Source: Deltaproteobacteria bacterium
GTDB taxonomy: Bacteria > Myxococcota_A > UBA9160 > UBA6930
Assembly (NCBI GenBank): GCA_016875395.1
Contig: VGRF01000011.1
Coordinates: 59,250-123,249, forward strand
Direction of reading: 5' to 3'
Length of the DNA stretch: 64,000 nucleotides
Below, piece after piece: positions 38,993 through 48,265 of the stretch. Positions within the stretch are counted from its first letter, which is position 1, and the number at the start of each line of letters is the position of its first letter. Made by a program: the position numbers and the translations under genes. Below the pieces are notes generated by a model that saw only the letters and a program-made list of their open reading frames with translations, was not told the DNA's origin and made no database searches.

Positions 38993-39712
38993 CTACGGCG
39001 TCCCGAGCGTCTTGCGCACCCAGGTCTCGAGCACGCTCAGCACTTCGCGATTCACCTCGTCCTGCGTGCGCGGCCCCTTCTTCGGAACGGCGAGGTGGTG
39101 GTCGGCTTCCTCCACCACGTGCAGCTGCACGGGCGCGCCCACGCGCGTCAGCGTCTTGCGCAGGGCGGGCAGCTCGCACATGCGGTCCTTCGAGCCCTGC
39201 ACGAACAGCATCGGCGTGATCACGCGGTAGAGCCGGTCGGCGCGCACGTCCTTCGGGTCGCCCTGCTTGTGCAAGGGGTAGCCGAGGAAGAAGAGGCCTT
39301 GGATGCGGATGCGCGTGGTGGCTGCGTGTGCAGCAGCGATTGCGCCCGCGTTCTTGCCGCCCGCGAAGATGTAGGCGGGCGCGGCGCTGGGGTCCTGCGA
39401 GAGCACCTGCAGCGCGGCCTGGTAGGTGCGCAGCAGCACGAGGGGATCGTCGGGCTTCTTCTTCTCCGCGACCATGTACGGCATCGGAAAGCGCAGCGTG
39501 AGGTACTTCCGCTCGGTCAGCGCCTTCTGCAGCGTGTCGAGGAGCGGATCCTCGGCGTCCGAGGCCTGCGCGAAGACCACCGAGACGCGCGCGCCGGTGG
39601 GCCACCACTCGGGCACCCCAAGGCGTCCCGTCACGGAGTCGAGACCGTGGACCGGCTCGATCAGCGGGATCTTGATCGGTTCGTACTGGGGTGCGGAGTC
39701 GGCCACGCCCAT
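38993..39712 (-). CDS. Alpha/beta hydrolase-fold protein (KANL3/Tex30-like family), nucleophile apparently substituted
   Basis: FAGGKNAGAIAA sits where I recall GGKSMGG in this family. LGYPLH, VQGSKD and EEADHHL blocks are present. Confidence 0.65.
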   Translation of the reverse strand: MGVADSAPQYEPIKIPLIEPVHGLDSVTGRLGVPEWWPTGARVSVVFAQASDAEDPLLDTLQKALTERKYLTLRFPMPYMVAEKKKPDDPLVLLRTYQAALQVLSQDPSAAPAYIFAGGKNAGAIAAAHAATTRIRIQGLFFLGYPLHKQGDPKDVRADRLYRVITPMLFVQGSKDRMCELPALRKTLTRVGAPVQLHVVEEADHHLAVPKKGPRTQDEVNREVLSVLETWVRKTLGTP

Positions 39713-39893
39713 CCTCTAGTGATGAGGAGAACAGCCCCCGGGGGCGAGCGGCGGGCGAACCTTAACTACTTCGATTTGCGAGCAACAGGCCGCGCGAGGC
39801 GTTTCGGGGCGAGGATTTCGCGGCGACTCTCATTTCCCCCGGATCGAGCGCCCCTTCACCCCGCGTCGTGGCCACCCGATCATCGAGGCCCTC

Positions 39894-40826
39894 ATGCGCA
39901 AGCTGCTCATCACCGGCATTGCGGGCCCGCTCGGGCGGCGTCTCGCGCGCCGGCTCGCGGAGAGCTGGGCGGTGTGCGGCGTCGACGCGCGCCCGTGGCC
40001 GGGTCGCCCGCGCGAGATCGCGATGCACGTCGCCGATCTGCGCAAGCGTGAGTTCGAGGAGGTGGTCCGGGGCGAGCGCCCGCACGCCATCGTGCACCTC
40101 GGCGTACGGCGCTAGCTCCGCGGCGACGCCCGCAACCGCCACGATCAGAACGTGCGCGGCACGAAGCGCTTGCTCGATCACTGCGCAGCCTTCGGCGTGA
40201 AGCAGCTGGTGATGGTGTCGACCGGCGCCGTCTACGGCGCGGCTCCGGAGAACGCGCTGTACATGAACGAGGACGAGCCGCTCAGCGCGAGCCGCACCTA
40301 CCCCGAGATTCGCGACCGCGTCGAGGTCGACGCCGTCGTCAGCGGCTTCGTGTGGCGCATGCCCGAGATCCGCACCGCGGTGCTGAGGCCCGTGCACGTG
40401 TTGGGGCCGCACTCGACGGGCATGATGGCCGACTACCTGCGCCGCGATCGCCCGCCCACCGTGCTCGGCTACGACCCGCTGATTCAGGTGATGCACGAAG
40501 ACGACTGGTGCGAGTCGATCGCGCTCACGCTCGCGAAGGAGATCGCGGGCGTGTTCAACGTGACGGGGCCGGGCGTCGTGCCGCTGCGCACCGCGATCGC
40601 GGAGACGGCCGGCGTGCCGATGTCGGTGCCGGAGTTTGCGCTGCGCCCGTGGATCCGCGCCGCGTTCGCGGCGGGCCTCGTGCCTTGGCCCGAAGGCGCG
40701 ATCGACATGCTGAAGTATCCCGTGACGATCTCGGGCGAGCGCTTCGTGCACGCGACGGCGTGGAAGCCGCTGTTCTCGCTGCCCGAGATCTTCGCCGCGC
40801 ACCGCGAGCGCCGGAGCGAGCCGTGA
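39894..40826 (+). pseudogene. NAD-dependent epimerase/dehydratase interrupted by an in-frame TAG at 40113-40115
   Basis: ORFs 39894..40115 (MRKLLITGIAGPLG...VHLGVRR*) and 40152..40826 are in the same frame, with no other stop between them. The read-through text is LRGDARNRHDQNVRGTKRLLDHC...VSTGAVYG, the normal continuation of an extended SDR. Confidence 0.72.
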
Positions 40827-41707
40827 GCGAGGCGAGCGCATACGACCGCGTGCTCGACATGTTGCGGACGGCGCTGCCCGAGTCCGTGCGCGAGCTCGAA
40901 GCGCGCATCGAGGAGCGCCTCGCGCGCGTGCCGGCGCGCCTCAACGAGTACGGCGTCGACCGCTTCGGCATGGAGCCCGCGTTCGCGAAGCGCAACCTGC
41001 TGCCCGCGGCCCTGCTCTACCAGCACTACTTCCGCGTCGAGACGCGCGGCGCGGAGCGCGTGCCGGGAGGCCGCGTGCTGCTGATCGCGAATCACGCCGG
41101 CCAGCTCCCGTTCGACGCCGCGATGCTCGGCGTCGCGATGCTGCTCGAAGCCGAGCCGCCGCGGCTCGCGCGCGGGCTCGGCGAGTACTGGATTCCGCAG
41201 CTGCCGTTCGTGAGCGAGCTCGCGACGCGCGGCGGAAATCTCGTCGGCACACCCGAGAATTTCCGCGCGCTGATCGACGCCGAAGAGTGCGTGATGGTGT
41301 TCCCGGAAGGCGTACGCGGCATGAACAAGCCGTTCCGCGAGCGCTATCGGCTGCAGCGCTTCGGCACCGGCTTCGTGCGGCTCGCGCTCGAGACGCGCAC
41401 GCCGATCGTGCCCGTGGGCATCGTGGGCAGCGAGGAGCAGCAGCCTGGCCTCTACGACGTGAAGCCGCTCGCGAAGTTGTTGGGGATGCCCGCGTTCCCG
41501 ATCACGCCCACGTTCCCGTGGCTCGGCCCGCTCGGCATCTTGCCGCTGCCGGTGAAGTATCGGATCGAGATCGGCGAGCCGATCCACTTCGAGGGCGACC
41601 CGAACGAAGGCGACGCCGCGATCGAAGCGCGCGTGTCCACCGTGAAGATCGCGATCGACAACCTGCTCGAAGCCGGCCGCCGCGAGCGCAAGGGCGTGTT
41701 CTTCTGA
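40823..41707 (+). CDS. Lysophospholipid (PlsC-type) acyltransferase
   Basis: The GTG at 40823 overlaps the upstream stop (GTGA). Has the NHAGQLPFD and FPEGVRG acyltransferase blocks. Confidence 0.82.
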   Translation: MSEASAYDRVLDMLRTALPESVRELEARIEERLARVPARLNEYGVDRFGMEPAFAKRNLLPAALLYQHYFRVETRGAERVPGGRVLLIANHAGQLPFDAAMLGVAMLLEAEPPRLARGLGEYWIPQLPFVSELATRGGNLVGTPENFRALIDAEECVMVFPEGVRGMNKPFRERYRLQRFGTGFVRLALETRTPIVPVGIVGSEEQQPGLYDVKPLAKLLGMPAFPITPTFPWLGPLGILPLPVKYRIEIGEPIHFEGDPNEGDAAIEARVSTVKIAIDNLLEAGRRERKGVFF

Positions 41708-41823
41708 GCTCAGCCGAGCAAGTGCGATCGAGCGAGCGAAGCGAGGCGACGACGGCGGGGCGAGAGTGGCCGTGAGCTCGCGCTGGCCTAAAGCTGGCCA
41801 ATCACTGCGACGATGCGGACTTC

Positions 41824-42543
41824 ATGTGGATCGCGCCCCTGGTCTTTGCGCTGCTCGCGGCGCCCGCGTTTCGCGTCTGGCGCGCAAGCGCGGGGCGGCG
41901 CGATGCGCCCGAGCGGTCGGTCGCCGCTTTCTTCGCGCTCTCCGGGCTGGGATTCGCGCTGCGCTTCCAGGCGCTGAACGACGGCCGACTCGACACCACG
42001 CTCGAGATCGCGCTGAACAGCGCGGGCCACGTGGCGCTCTCGCTCGCCTCGATCGCGCTCCTCTCCTTCACGCAGCGCATCTTCCGCCCGACGGCGCGCG
42101 CGGCAATGTGGGGCGGCAGCGCGTTGTCGCTGGCCGCGCTCGCCCTGCTCCCGCTCGACGGCGGCGCCACGCGTGAAGACGCAGATTCGCTGCTGGCGCT
42201 GAACGCCCTGCGCGCGCTCGTCTTCTCCTGGAGCTTCCTCGAAGCCTTCCTCTACTGGCGGCAGATGAGGCGGCGCGCGGCGCTCGGGCTCGGGGATCAC
42301 GTCGTCGCGAATCGCTTCCTGCTGTGGTCGATCTGGAGCGCGGGTCTCGCGCTCTGCTTCGTGTTCGTGCTCGGCATGCGCATCGCTGGCCGCGCGATCG
42401 GCGCCGACTCCGCGCTGCTCCCGACGTACATGCCGATGATCCGTGTCGTCCTCGGCGCGGTCGTGCTCGCGTCGTTCGTCGCGATCTGCCTCTGCTTCTT
42501 CCCGCCCGCGCGCTACCGCGCATGGATTGCGCGCCCGGCCTGA
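41824..42543 (+). CDS. Hypothetical integral membrane protein (about 6-7 TM helices)
   Basis: A hydrophobic 239-aa ORF with coding-like, GC-rich third positions. I recognise no family. Confidence 0.5.
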   Translation: MWIAPLVFALLAAPAFRVWRASAGRRDAPERSVAAFFALSGLGFALRFQALNDGRLDTTLEIALNSAGHVALSLASIALLSFTQRIFRPTARAAMWGGSALSLAALALLPLDGGATREDADSLLALNALRALVFSWSFLEAFLYWRQMRRRAALGLGDHVVANRFLLWSIWSAGLALCFVFVLGMRIAGRAIGADSALLPTYMPMIRVVLGAVVLASFVAICLCFFPPARYRAWIARPA

Positions 42544-42581
42544 GGAGCAGCAGGCGCCCGCGCGCGAGATAGATTGCGCAC

Positions 42582-43043
42582 GTGAGCGACGGCGACCGCA
42601 TCGAAATCGACCTCAGCGCCCGCGAACAGCGCGTCTACGATCGCTGGCGCGCGGCGCTCGCGAAGCCGCTGCCCGGCGCGAGCCCGGACCTGCGCGACGC
42701 GCTGCTCGCGCTGCCCGATCTGGTCGTGCTCGTGCTGCGCTTGTTACGGGACTCGCGCGTGAGGCCGGGCGACAAGGCGATCGCGCTGCTCGGCATCGCG
42801 TACGTGATGTCGCCCGTCGACCTGATGCCCGAGTTCCTGTTCGGCCCCGTCGGCCTGCTCGACGACATCTTCGTCCTCGCGCTCACCGTCTCGCGCCTCG
42901 TGAACCGCGTGCATCCCGACGTCGTGCGCGCGCACTGGTCCGGCAAGGGCGACGTGCTCGACGCGATTCACCGCACGAGCGCGTGGGCCGAGCGCCAAGT
43001 CGGCGGGCGCGTGCGCAGCGCGATCGAGCGCTGGAGTCGATGA
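42582..43043 (+). CDS. DUF1232 (YkvA-like) membrane protein
   Basis: YVMSPVDLMPEFLFGPVGLLDD matches the DUF1232 signature. Confidence 0.78.
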   Translation: MSDGDRIEIDLSAREQRVYDRWRAALAKPLPGASPDLRDALLALPDLVVLVLRLLRDSRVRPGDKAIALLGIAYVMSPVDLMPEFLFGPVGLLDDIFVLALTVSRLVNRVHPDVVRAHWSGKGDVLDAIHRTSAWAERQVGGRVRSAIERWSR

Positions 43044-43564
43044 AGCCGATCGTCATCGTCACCGGCAACCCCGGCGCCGGGAAGTCGACGCTCGCCCGGC
43101 GGCTCGCGCTCGCAGCGGAGCGCGGCCTGCATCTCGACTCCGACCTCTTCTACGGCTTCCCCGCGCGGCCCATCGATCCGACGACGCCGGACTCGCGAGA
43201 ACAGAACGAGACGATCCTGCGTGCTCTCGCACGCTGCGCGCGCACGTTCTCGGAGGGCGCCTACGACGTGTTCTTCGACGGCGTCGTCGGCCCGTGGGTC
43301 CTGCCGCTCGTGCGCGCCGAGCTGCGCGGTCTCGAGCTGCACTACGTCGTCTTGCGCGCGAACGAGGCGGATGCGCTCGCGCGCGTGCGCAGCCGCGATG
43401 GCGAGGGGCAGGATGCGCGCGTGAGTCAGATGTACCGCGCGTTCGCGGAAGTCGGCGAGCACGCGGCGCGCGTGGTCGCGACCTCGGGGCGCCGTCGGCG
43501 CGACGTGTTCGCGGAAGTGTCGGACGGGCTGCGCGCCGGCCGCTTCCTGTTAGGGGCGGAGTAG
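43040..43564 (+). CDS. P-loop NTPase/kinase (AAA_33 / chloramphenicol-phosphotransferase-like)
   Basis: The ATG at 43040 overlaps the upstream stop (ATGA). Walker A is VTGNPGAGKST. 174 aa. Confidence 0.7.
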   Translation: MKPIVIVTGNPGAGKSTLARRLALAAERGLHLDSDLFYGFPARPIDPTTPDSREQNETILRALARCARTFSEGAYDVFFDGVVGPWVLPLVRAELRGLELHYVVLRANEADALARVRSRDGEGQDARVSQMYRAFAEVGEHAARVVATSGRRRRDVFAEVSDGLRAGRFLLGAE

Positions 43565-43569
43565 AACGC

Positions 43570-44088
43570 TCACGCCCCCGCCGCGTCCGCCTCGAGCTCC
43601 TGCACGAGCAGCTCCAGCGCCGCTTCGGCGAACGCCGCCATGTTGCGTACGCGGTCGCCGTCGCCGGTGAGCACGCGGCGAGTGGCCTCGCGTGTGCCCG
43701 CGATCGCCACCCAGGCGTGTCCCGCAGGATCGCCGTAGCGATTGGCGGTGGGCCCCGCGGCGCCGCCTTCGCCGATGCCCCAGTTCGCGCCCAGCTTCAC
43801 GACCGCGCTGCGCGCGAGATGCAGCGCCCACGGCTCGCTCGCGCCGCGCAGGTTGTCGGGCGGCTTCACCGCGCCCGCGATGAAGCCGCGGCTGGCTGCG
43901 AGTGTGTAGATCACGCCGCCGCCGAGGAAGTAGTTGCTCGCGCCCGGCACCGACAGCAGCGCCGCGCAGACGAGCCCGCCCGCCGCGCCTTCGCACACCG
44001 CGACCGTCTCGCGCTGCGCCTGCAGCAGCTGCGCTGCGCGCGCGGCGAGGGAGAGCAGCTTCGGGGTGAGGGGTCCGGCTTCGCTCAT
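43570..44088 (-). CDS. CinA C-terminal domain / nicotinamide-nucleotide amidohydrolase (PncC-like)
   Basis: TVAVCEGAAGGL...GGGVIYT... are blocks typical of the CinA_C deamidase domain. Confidence 0.75.
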   Translation of the reverse strand: MSEAGPLTPKLLSLAARAAQLLQAQRETVAVCEGAAGGLVCAALLSVPGASNYFLGGGVIYTLAASRGFIAGAVKPPDNLRGASEPWALHLARSAVVKLGANWGIGEGGAAGPTANRYGDPAGHAWVAIAGTREATRRVLTGDGDRVRNMAAFAEAALELLVQELEADAAGA

Positions 44089-44103
44089 GGAGGCTCCGAG
44101 TTG

Positions 44104-44604
44104 TTACGGGCTGCCCGCCGCGCGCTCGGCGGCGATGCTCGCCATCGCGCGCCGCTGGGCTTCGGGGATGCGGCGCACCCGCCCCGTCGTGTCGACCATG
44201 GCGTGCTCGGTCGCGCCGCGCGCTATCGCGATGAGCTCCGCTCCGCTTCGCGTCGCTGCGCGCTTCGCTTGCCGGCTCGCCTCGTCGACGAGCGACAGCG
44301 CGTACTCCATGCGCAGCGACGCGCCGCGCGCCCACGCGAGCCACACCGCGATCTCGACCTCGTCGTCGAAGCGCAGGCCGCGCAGGTAGTCGAGCTCGAC
44401 GCGCGTGGTGGCGAAGTGCAGTCCCTCGGCGACGTACTCGCGATAGGGACGGTGGTGCTCGTCCATCCAGCGGATGCGCGCGAGCTCGAGGAAGCGCACG
44501 CAGTTCGCGTGGTGCACGAGGCCCATCGCGTCGGTCTCGTAGAACGGCACGCGATGGCGGTGGCGCGTGACGGGCACGCCGGGCGGCGGGAGCGGCTCGG
44601 GCAT
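44104..44604 (-). CDS. Acyl-CoA thioesterase, hotdog fold (YbgC/4HBT-like)
   Basis: VPFYETDAMGLVHHANCVRFLE carries the catalytic Asp block of the 4HBT family. Confidence 0.8.
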   Translation of the reverse strand: MPEPLPPPGVPVTRHRHRVPFYETDAMGLVHHANCVRFLELARIRWMDEHHRPYREYVAEGLHFATTRVELDYLRGLRFDDEVEIAVWLAWARGASLRMEYALSLVDEASRQAKRAATRSGAELIAIARGATEHAMVDTTGRVRRIPEAQRRAMASIAAERAAGSP

Positions 44605-44613
44605 CGCGCGGAC

Positions 44614-45369
44614 CTAGAACTTGTCCTTGGCCGCGCGGCGCTGGCCGAGCTCCTCGACGGTCGCCGCGCGCATGAACGGGTTCGTGGCGTGCTCGTCCGC
44701 GATCGTGGTCGGCACGACCATCTCCGCGGGCGTCGCGTCGTGCCAATCCTTGGCGGCGTTCGCGCGAATCTTCGCCACGCGAAGGGCGGCGGCCTTCACG
44801 GCGGAGTTGTCAGGTTCCGCGTGCGCGGCGAAGCGGAGATTGCCCGCGGTGTACTCGTGGCCGCAGAACACGCGCGTGTCGCCCGGCAGCGCGCCAAGCT
44901 TCTGCATCGCGCGGAACATCATCTCGGGCGTGCCTTCGAACAGGCGCCCGCAGCCCGCTGCGAACAGCGTGTCGCCGCAGAAGACGGCGCGCGCCTCGTC
45001 GAACACGTACGCGATGTGCCCGCGCGTGTGCGCGGGGATGAACAGGATGCGCGCGGTCGCGCGGCCCACTGTGATCGTGTCGCCCTCGTCGAGGCCGTTC
45101 GTGAAGCCCGCGAGGCGGTCCGCGTCGCTGCGATGCCCGAACACGGGAGCTCCGTACTTCTTGGCGAGCTCGGGGTTGGCGGCGGCGTGATCGGGGTGAT
45201 GGTGCGTCGAGAGAATCTTCGTGACGCGCGCGCCGATCGCATCGACTCGCTTCACGACGGGCGCGACTTCCGGCGCATCGACGACCGCGGCCTCGCCGCT
45301 CTGCTCGCACACTAGCAGGTAGGTGTAGTTGTCGCTGAGCGTCGGGATGCGTTCGATGCGGAGGGTCAT
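44614..45369 (-). CDS. gloB: Hydroxyacylglutathione hydrolase (glyoxalase II)
   Basis: DNYTYLL, STHHHPDH, PAHTRGHI, CGHEYT and the ending KDKF are as in GloB. Confidence 0.9.
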   Translation of the reverse strand: MTLRIERIPTLSDNYTYLLVCEQSGEAAVVDAPEVAPVVKRVDAIGARVTKILSTHHHPDHAAANPELAKKYGAPVFGHRSDADRLAGFTNGLDEGDTITVGRATARILFIPAHTRGHIAYVFDEARAVFCGDTLFAAGCGRLFEGTPEMMFRAMQKLGALPGDTRVFCGHEYTAGNLRFAAHAEPDNSAVKAAALRVAKIRANAAKDWHDATPAEMVVPTTIADEHATNPFMRAATVEELGQRRAAKDKF

Positions 45370-45410
45370 AGGCGCGCGAAGCTAGGTCGGCGTGCCGCGC
45401 GCTTCCATGC

Positions 45411-46244
45411 TCACAGCAGACTCAGCTGCGGATCCGGCTCCACGTCCGCTGCGAGCGCCGCGATCTCCGCCGCGCGCTCGGGGTTCACCGCGGGGCAGCG
45501 GTCCTTGAACTCGCACCAGTTGCAGAGCCCGCTCGGCTTCGGCGCGAACTCCTTCTCGCCGCGAATCTTGTCGATCGCGCGCGTCGTGTCGCTCCGCAGA
45601 CGTTCGCGCTGTTCCGGCGTGCGCTGCGAGGTGCGCTGCTCGTCGCGCAGCACGTAGTGCCACACGAGCCGCATCTCGCCGTCTTCGCCGAGCTGCTCGC
45701 GGATGCCGAGCTCGTAGAGCCCGAGCTGGCGGTCGCGGTCGAGGTCGTCCTGCTTCGGGATGCGGCGGCCGGTCTTGAAATCGTGGATCTCGAGCACGCC
45801 GTCCTTCGCGCGCGCGATGCGGTCGATGATGCCGCGCACCGCGTAGCGGCCGTCCTCGTCGAGCCTGAACTGAATCGGGCGCTCGAGGCCGACGGTCTGG
45901 TCGCGGTCGAACGGGTAGTGGCGGCGGTAGTAGTTCTCGAGCCCGCGCGCGCCGGCGTCGCGGTAGAAGTCGACCGGCGTGCCCTCGCGCGCGATGCGCA
46001 CGCGCGCGGCGTCGAACTGCTCCTCGAAGTTCGCGTGGTAGCGGGCCACGACCTTGCCGAGCGAGGGCAGCATGCCCTGGCCGACGAACTGATAGAGGCG
46101 CTCGAGGATCTCGTGGACGCGCTTGCCGACGAACGCCTCGATGCCCTCGCTCTCGATCTGGATCTTTTCGATGTAGCGGAAGGAATACTGCTTGGGGCAG
46201 TTCTCGAAGCAGTTGAGGCTCGACGGCGAAAAGACCGATTGCAC
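45411..46244 (-). CDS. PD-(D/E)XK nuclease, Cas4/AddB-like, with a four-Cys cluster
   Basis: N-terminal SSLNCFENCPKQY. Nuclease core IIDRI...EIHDFKTG. C-terminal CNWCEFKDRC. Confidence 0.78.
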   Translation of the reverse strand: MQSVFSPSSLNCFENCPKQYSFRYIEKIQIESEGIEAFVGKRVHEILERLYQFVGQGMLPSLGKVVARYHANFEEQFDAARVRIAREGTPVDFYRDAGARGLENYYRRHYPFDRDQTVGLERPIQFRLDEDGRYAVRGIIDRIARAKDGVLEIHDFKTGRRIPKQDDLDRDRQLGLYELGIREQLGEDGEMRLVWHYVLRDEQRTSQRTPEQRERLRSDTTRAIDKIRGEKEFAPKPSGLCNWCEFKDRCPAVNPERAAEIAALAADVEPDPQLSLL

Positions 46245-46277
46245 GTGAGCTCGCGGAGGGGCCGGATTGTTAGGGAG

Positions 46278-46832
46278 TCAGAGTGTCGGGGGTTCTGGCG
46301 ACTCTAGCAGCGCACGTGCGCGCGCCACGATCTCGCGCTCCGCGTCGAAGCTCATGCGCGCCTCGGCTTCGGCGAGCGCGCACCACAACACGCGCGCCAT
46401 CTCGCCGTCGGCCGCGTGCGCTTCGCCCGCGGCATGGGCCATCAGGTAGTAGTGCACGCGCTTCGCGACCTGGCGCCCGGCCCGGCGCTCGTAGAACACG
46501 TACGAGACGTCGCCGAGGGGCGCGATGATGCGGGCGCTGAGCCCGACTTCCTCGCGCACCTCGCGCAGCGCCGCCTCTTCCCGCGTCTCGCCGGGGTCGA
46601 TCTTGCCCTTCGGCAGGCGAATCGTGCGGCGCCCGGAGTTGCGGTCGACTTGCTCGGCGATGAGCGCCTCGTAACCGCTGGCGCCGCGCCGCACGACGAG
46701 CCCGCCGGCGCTGACTTCTTCGCTGCGCTCCGCCACCCCGTCCCCCGTGCCGGCATCCTGCCCGAATCTCACAGAAACTTTGGGGCTAAGCTGCAAAACC
46801 TTGCGCCCGGCCGGAGCACCGATGAAAGCCAA
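46278..46832 (-). CDS. NUDIX hydrolase
   Basis: Nudix box GKIDPGETREEAALREVREEVG. The start is uncertain: the TTG at 46832 would overlap the cysE start, and internal GTG starts are possible. Confidence 0.72.
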   Translation of the reverse strand: MAFIGAPAGRKVLQLSPKVSVRFGQDAGTGDGVAERSEEVSAGGLVVRRGASGYEALIAEQVDRNSGRRTIRLPKGKIDPGETREEAALREVREEVGLSARIIAPLGDVSYVFYERRAGRQVAKRVHYYLMAHAAGEAHAADGEMARVLWCALAEAEARMSFDAEREIVARARALLESPEPPTL

Positions 46833-47694
46833 GCGACTCGACGATGTCTACGAGGCCACGATCGCGGCGCTCTCCGCGCCGGCGGTGGACGCGCTCGCGA
46901 AGGCCGATGCGGAGGGCTACCCGGCCTACGACGAGGTCGTGGCGTGGACCGAGCGCGTGAAGGGCGTCGTGCTCCACCAGCGCGACCGCGGTGCGCTGCG
47001 TTCGGAGCTGCCCGCGATCGCCGAGCGGCTGCTGCGCTTCCTCGCGAAGGTGCCGCTGCCGGAAGGCGTGGTCGCGGAGGCGGTCGCAGCCGAGTTCGTC
47101 GCTCGCCTCCCCCAGGTGCGCGAGCGCCTGGCGGAAGACCTGGAGGCCGCGTTCGAGGGCGACCCGGCCGCGAAGAGCTTCGCGGAGATCCTGGTGGCGT
47201 ATCCCTCGATCCAGGCGATCGCCGTGTACCGCCTCGCGCACGAGCTCGTGAAGCTCGGCGCACCGCAGCTGCCGCGCATCATGGCCGAGTACGCGCACGA
47301 TCGAACCGGGATCGACATTCATCCCGGCGCGAACATCGGACGGCGCATTTTCATCGACCACGGCACCGGCGTCGTGATCGGCGAGAGCGCCGACATCGGC
47401 GACAACGTGCGCATCTATCAGGGCGTGACGCTCGGCGCGTTCTCGCCGCGCCGCGGTCAGACGATCCGCGGCACGAAGCGCCACCCGACGCTCGAGGACG
47501 ACGTCACGATCTACGCGGGCGCCACGATCCTCGGCGGCGAGACCGTGATCGGGCGCGGCACGGTGATCAGCGGCAACGCGGTTGTGACGGAGTCGGTGCC
47601 GCCGGGCTCGCGGGTCGTGCCCGAAACGCAGCGGCTCGAAGTGCGGCAGCGTGGCGAGACGAAAGAGCCCAAACAGCTGAATTGGGAGATTTGA
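46822..47694 (+). CDS. cysE: Serine O-acetyltransferase
   Basis: ATG at 46822. GIDIHPGANIGRRIFIDHGTGVVIGE plus hexapeptide repeats. Confidence 0.9.
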   Translation: MKAKRLDDVYEATIAALSAPAVDALAKADAEGYPAYDEVVAWTERVKGVVLHQRDRGALRSELPAIAERLLRFLAKVPLPEGVVAEAVAAEFVARLPQVRERLAEDLEAAFEGDPAAKSFAEILVAYPSIQAIAVYRLAHELVKLGAPQLPRIMAEYAHDRTGIDIHPGANIGRRIFIDHGTGVVIGESADIGDNVRIYQGVTLGAFSPRRGQTIRGTKRHPTLEDDVTIYAGATILGGETVIGRGTVISGNAVVTESVPPGSRVVPETQRLEVRQRGETKEPKQLNWEI

Positions 47695-47698
47695 GGAG

Positions 47699-48265
47699 AT
47701 GTCGCGAGCGGGTTGCGGTGCTCACACGCGCTGGGTTGCACAGCGGATGCAGCCGACGCCGCTGCGCGCCGCGGCTGATCCGCTTGGCGCGATTCGGCTT
47801 GGGGTGCGCTCGCTCGCGGTCCTCTCGTTCGTGCTGGTTGCGTTTTTCATGAGTGCGCCCGCGATTGCGCAGTCCGAAGAAGGCTGGGGCTACGCGCTCT
47901 CGAACGAGCTGATGAGCCCGTGGTGCCCCGGCTTCTCCTTGCCCGATTGCAGCAGCGGCTACGCGCAAGACCTGCGTATGTGGATCCTCGAGCAGGAGCG
48001 GCTCGGGCGCCCCGAAGCCGACGTGAAGGCGGAGATCCTCGCGAGGTACGGCGAGAAGATGTTGCAGGCGCCCGAGGCGAAGGGTCGCGGCGTCCTCGCC
48101 TACGTGATCCCGGGCGTCGTGATTGCGCTCGGCCTCGCGCTGATCGTGACGTTCTTGCGACGCCAAGGAACGCCGGCGCAAGTGCCGGCCGCCGCGGATG
48201 CGAGCGCGCTCTCGCGCGTCGACGCGGAGCTCGCCGAGTACGAGCGCAAGAATCCGAGCGCATGA
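47699..48265 (+). CDS. CcmH/NrfF-like cytochrome c maturation family protein (non-canonical Cys spacing)
   Basis: A GAGGAG SD precedes the ATG at 47699. Signal/anchor, then WCPGFSLPDC...DLRMWILEQ...ILARYGEKML, a TM helix and a C-terminal tail. The layout is as in CcmH but with CX7C rather than CXXC. Confidence 0.5.
   Translation: MSRAGCGAHTRWVAQRMQPTPLRAAADPLGAIRLGVRSLAVLSFVLVAFFMSAPAIAQSEEGWGYALSNELMSPWCPGFSLPDCSSGYAQDLRMWILEQERLGRPEADVKAEILARYGEKMLQAPEAKGRGVLAYVIPGVVIALGLALIVTFLRRQGTPAQVPAAADASALSRVDAELAEYERKNPSA

Noticed and set aside
44602-44616. gloB and the downstream thioesterase are in the same frame, separated by a TAG plus three codons, so they could be a fourth read-through case.
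   Set aside because: GloB ends at its normal ...KDKF C-terminus and the thioesterase has its own ATG. Sharing a frame has a 1 in 3 chance, and there is no domain logic for a fusion.
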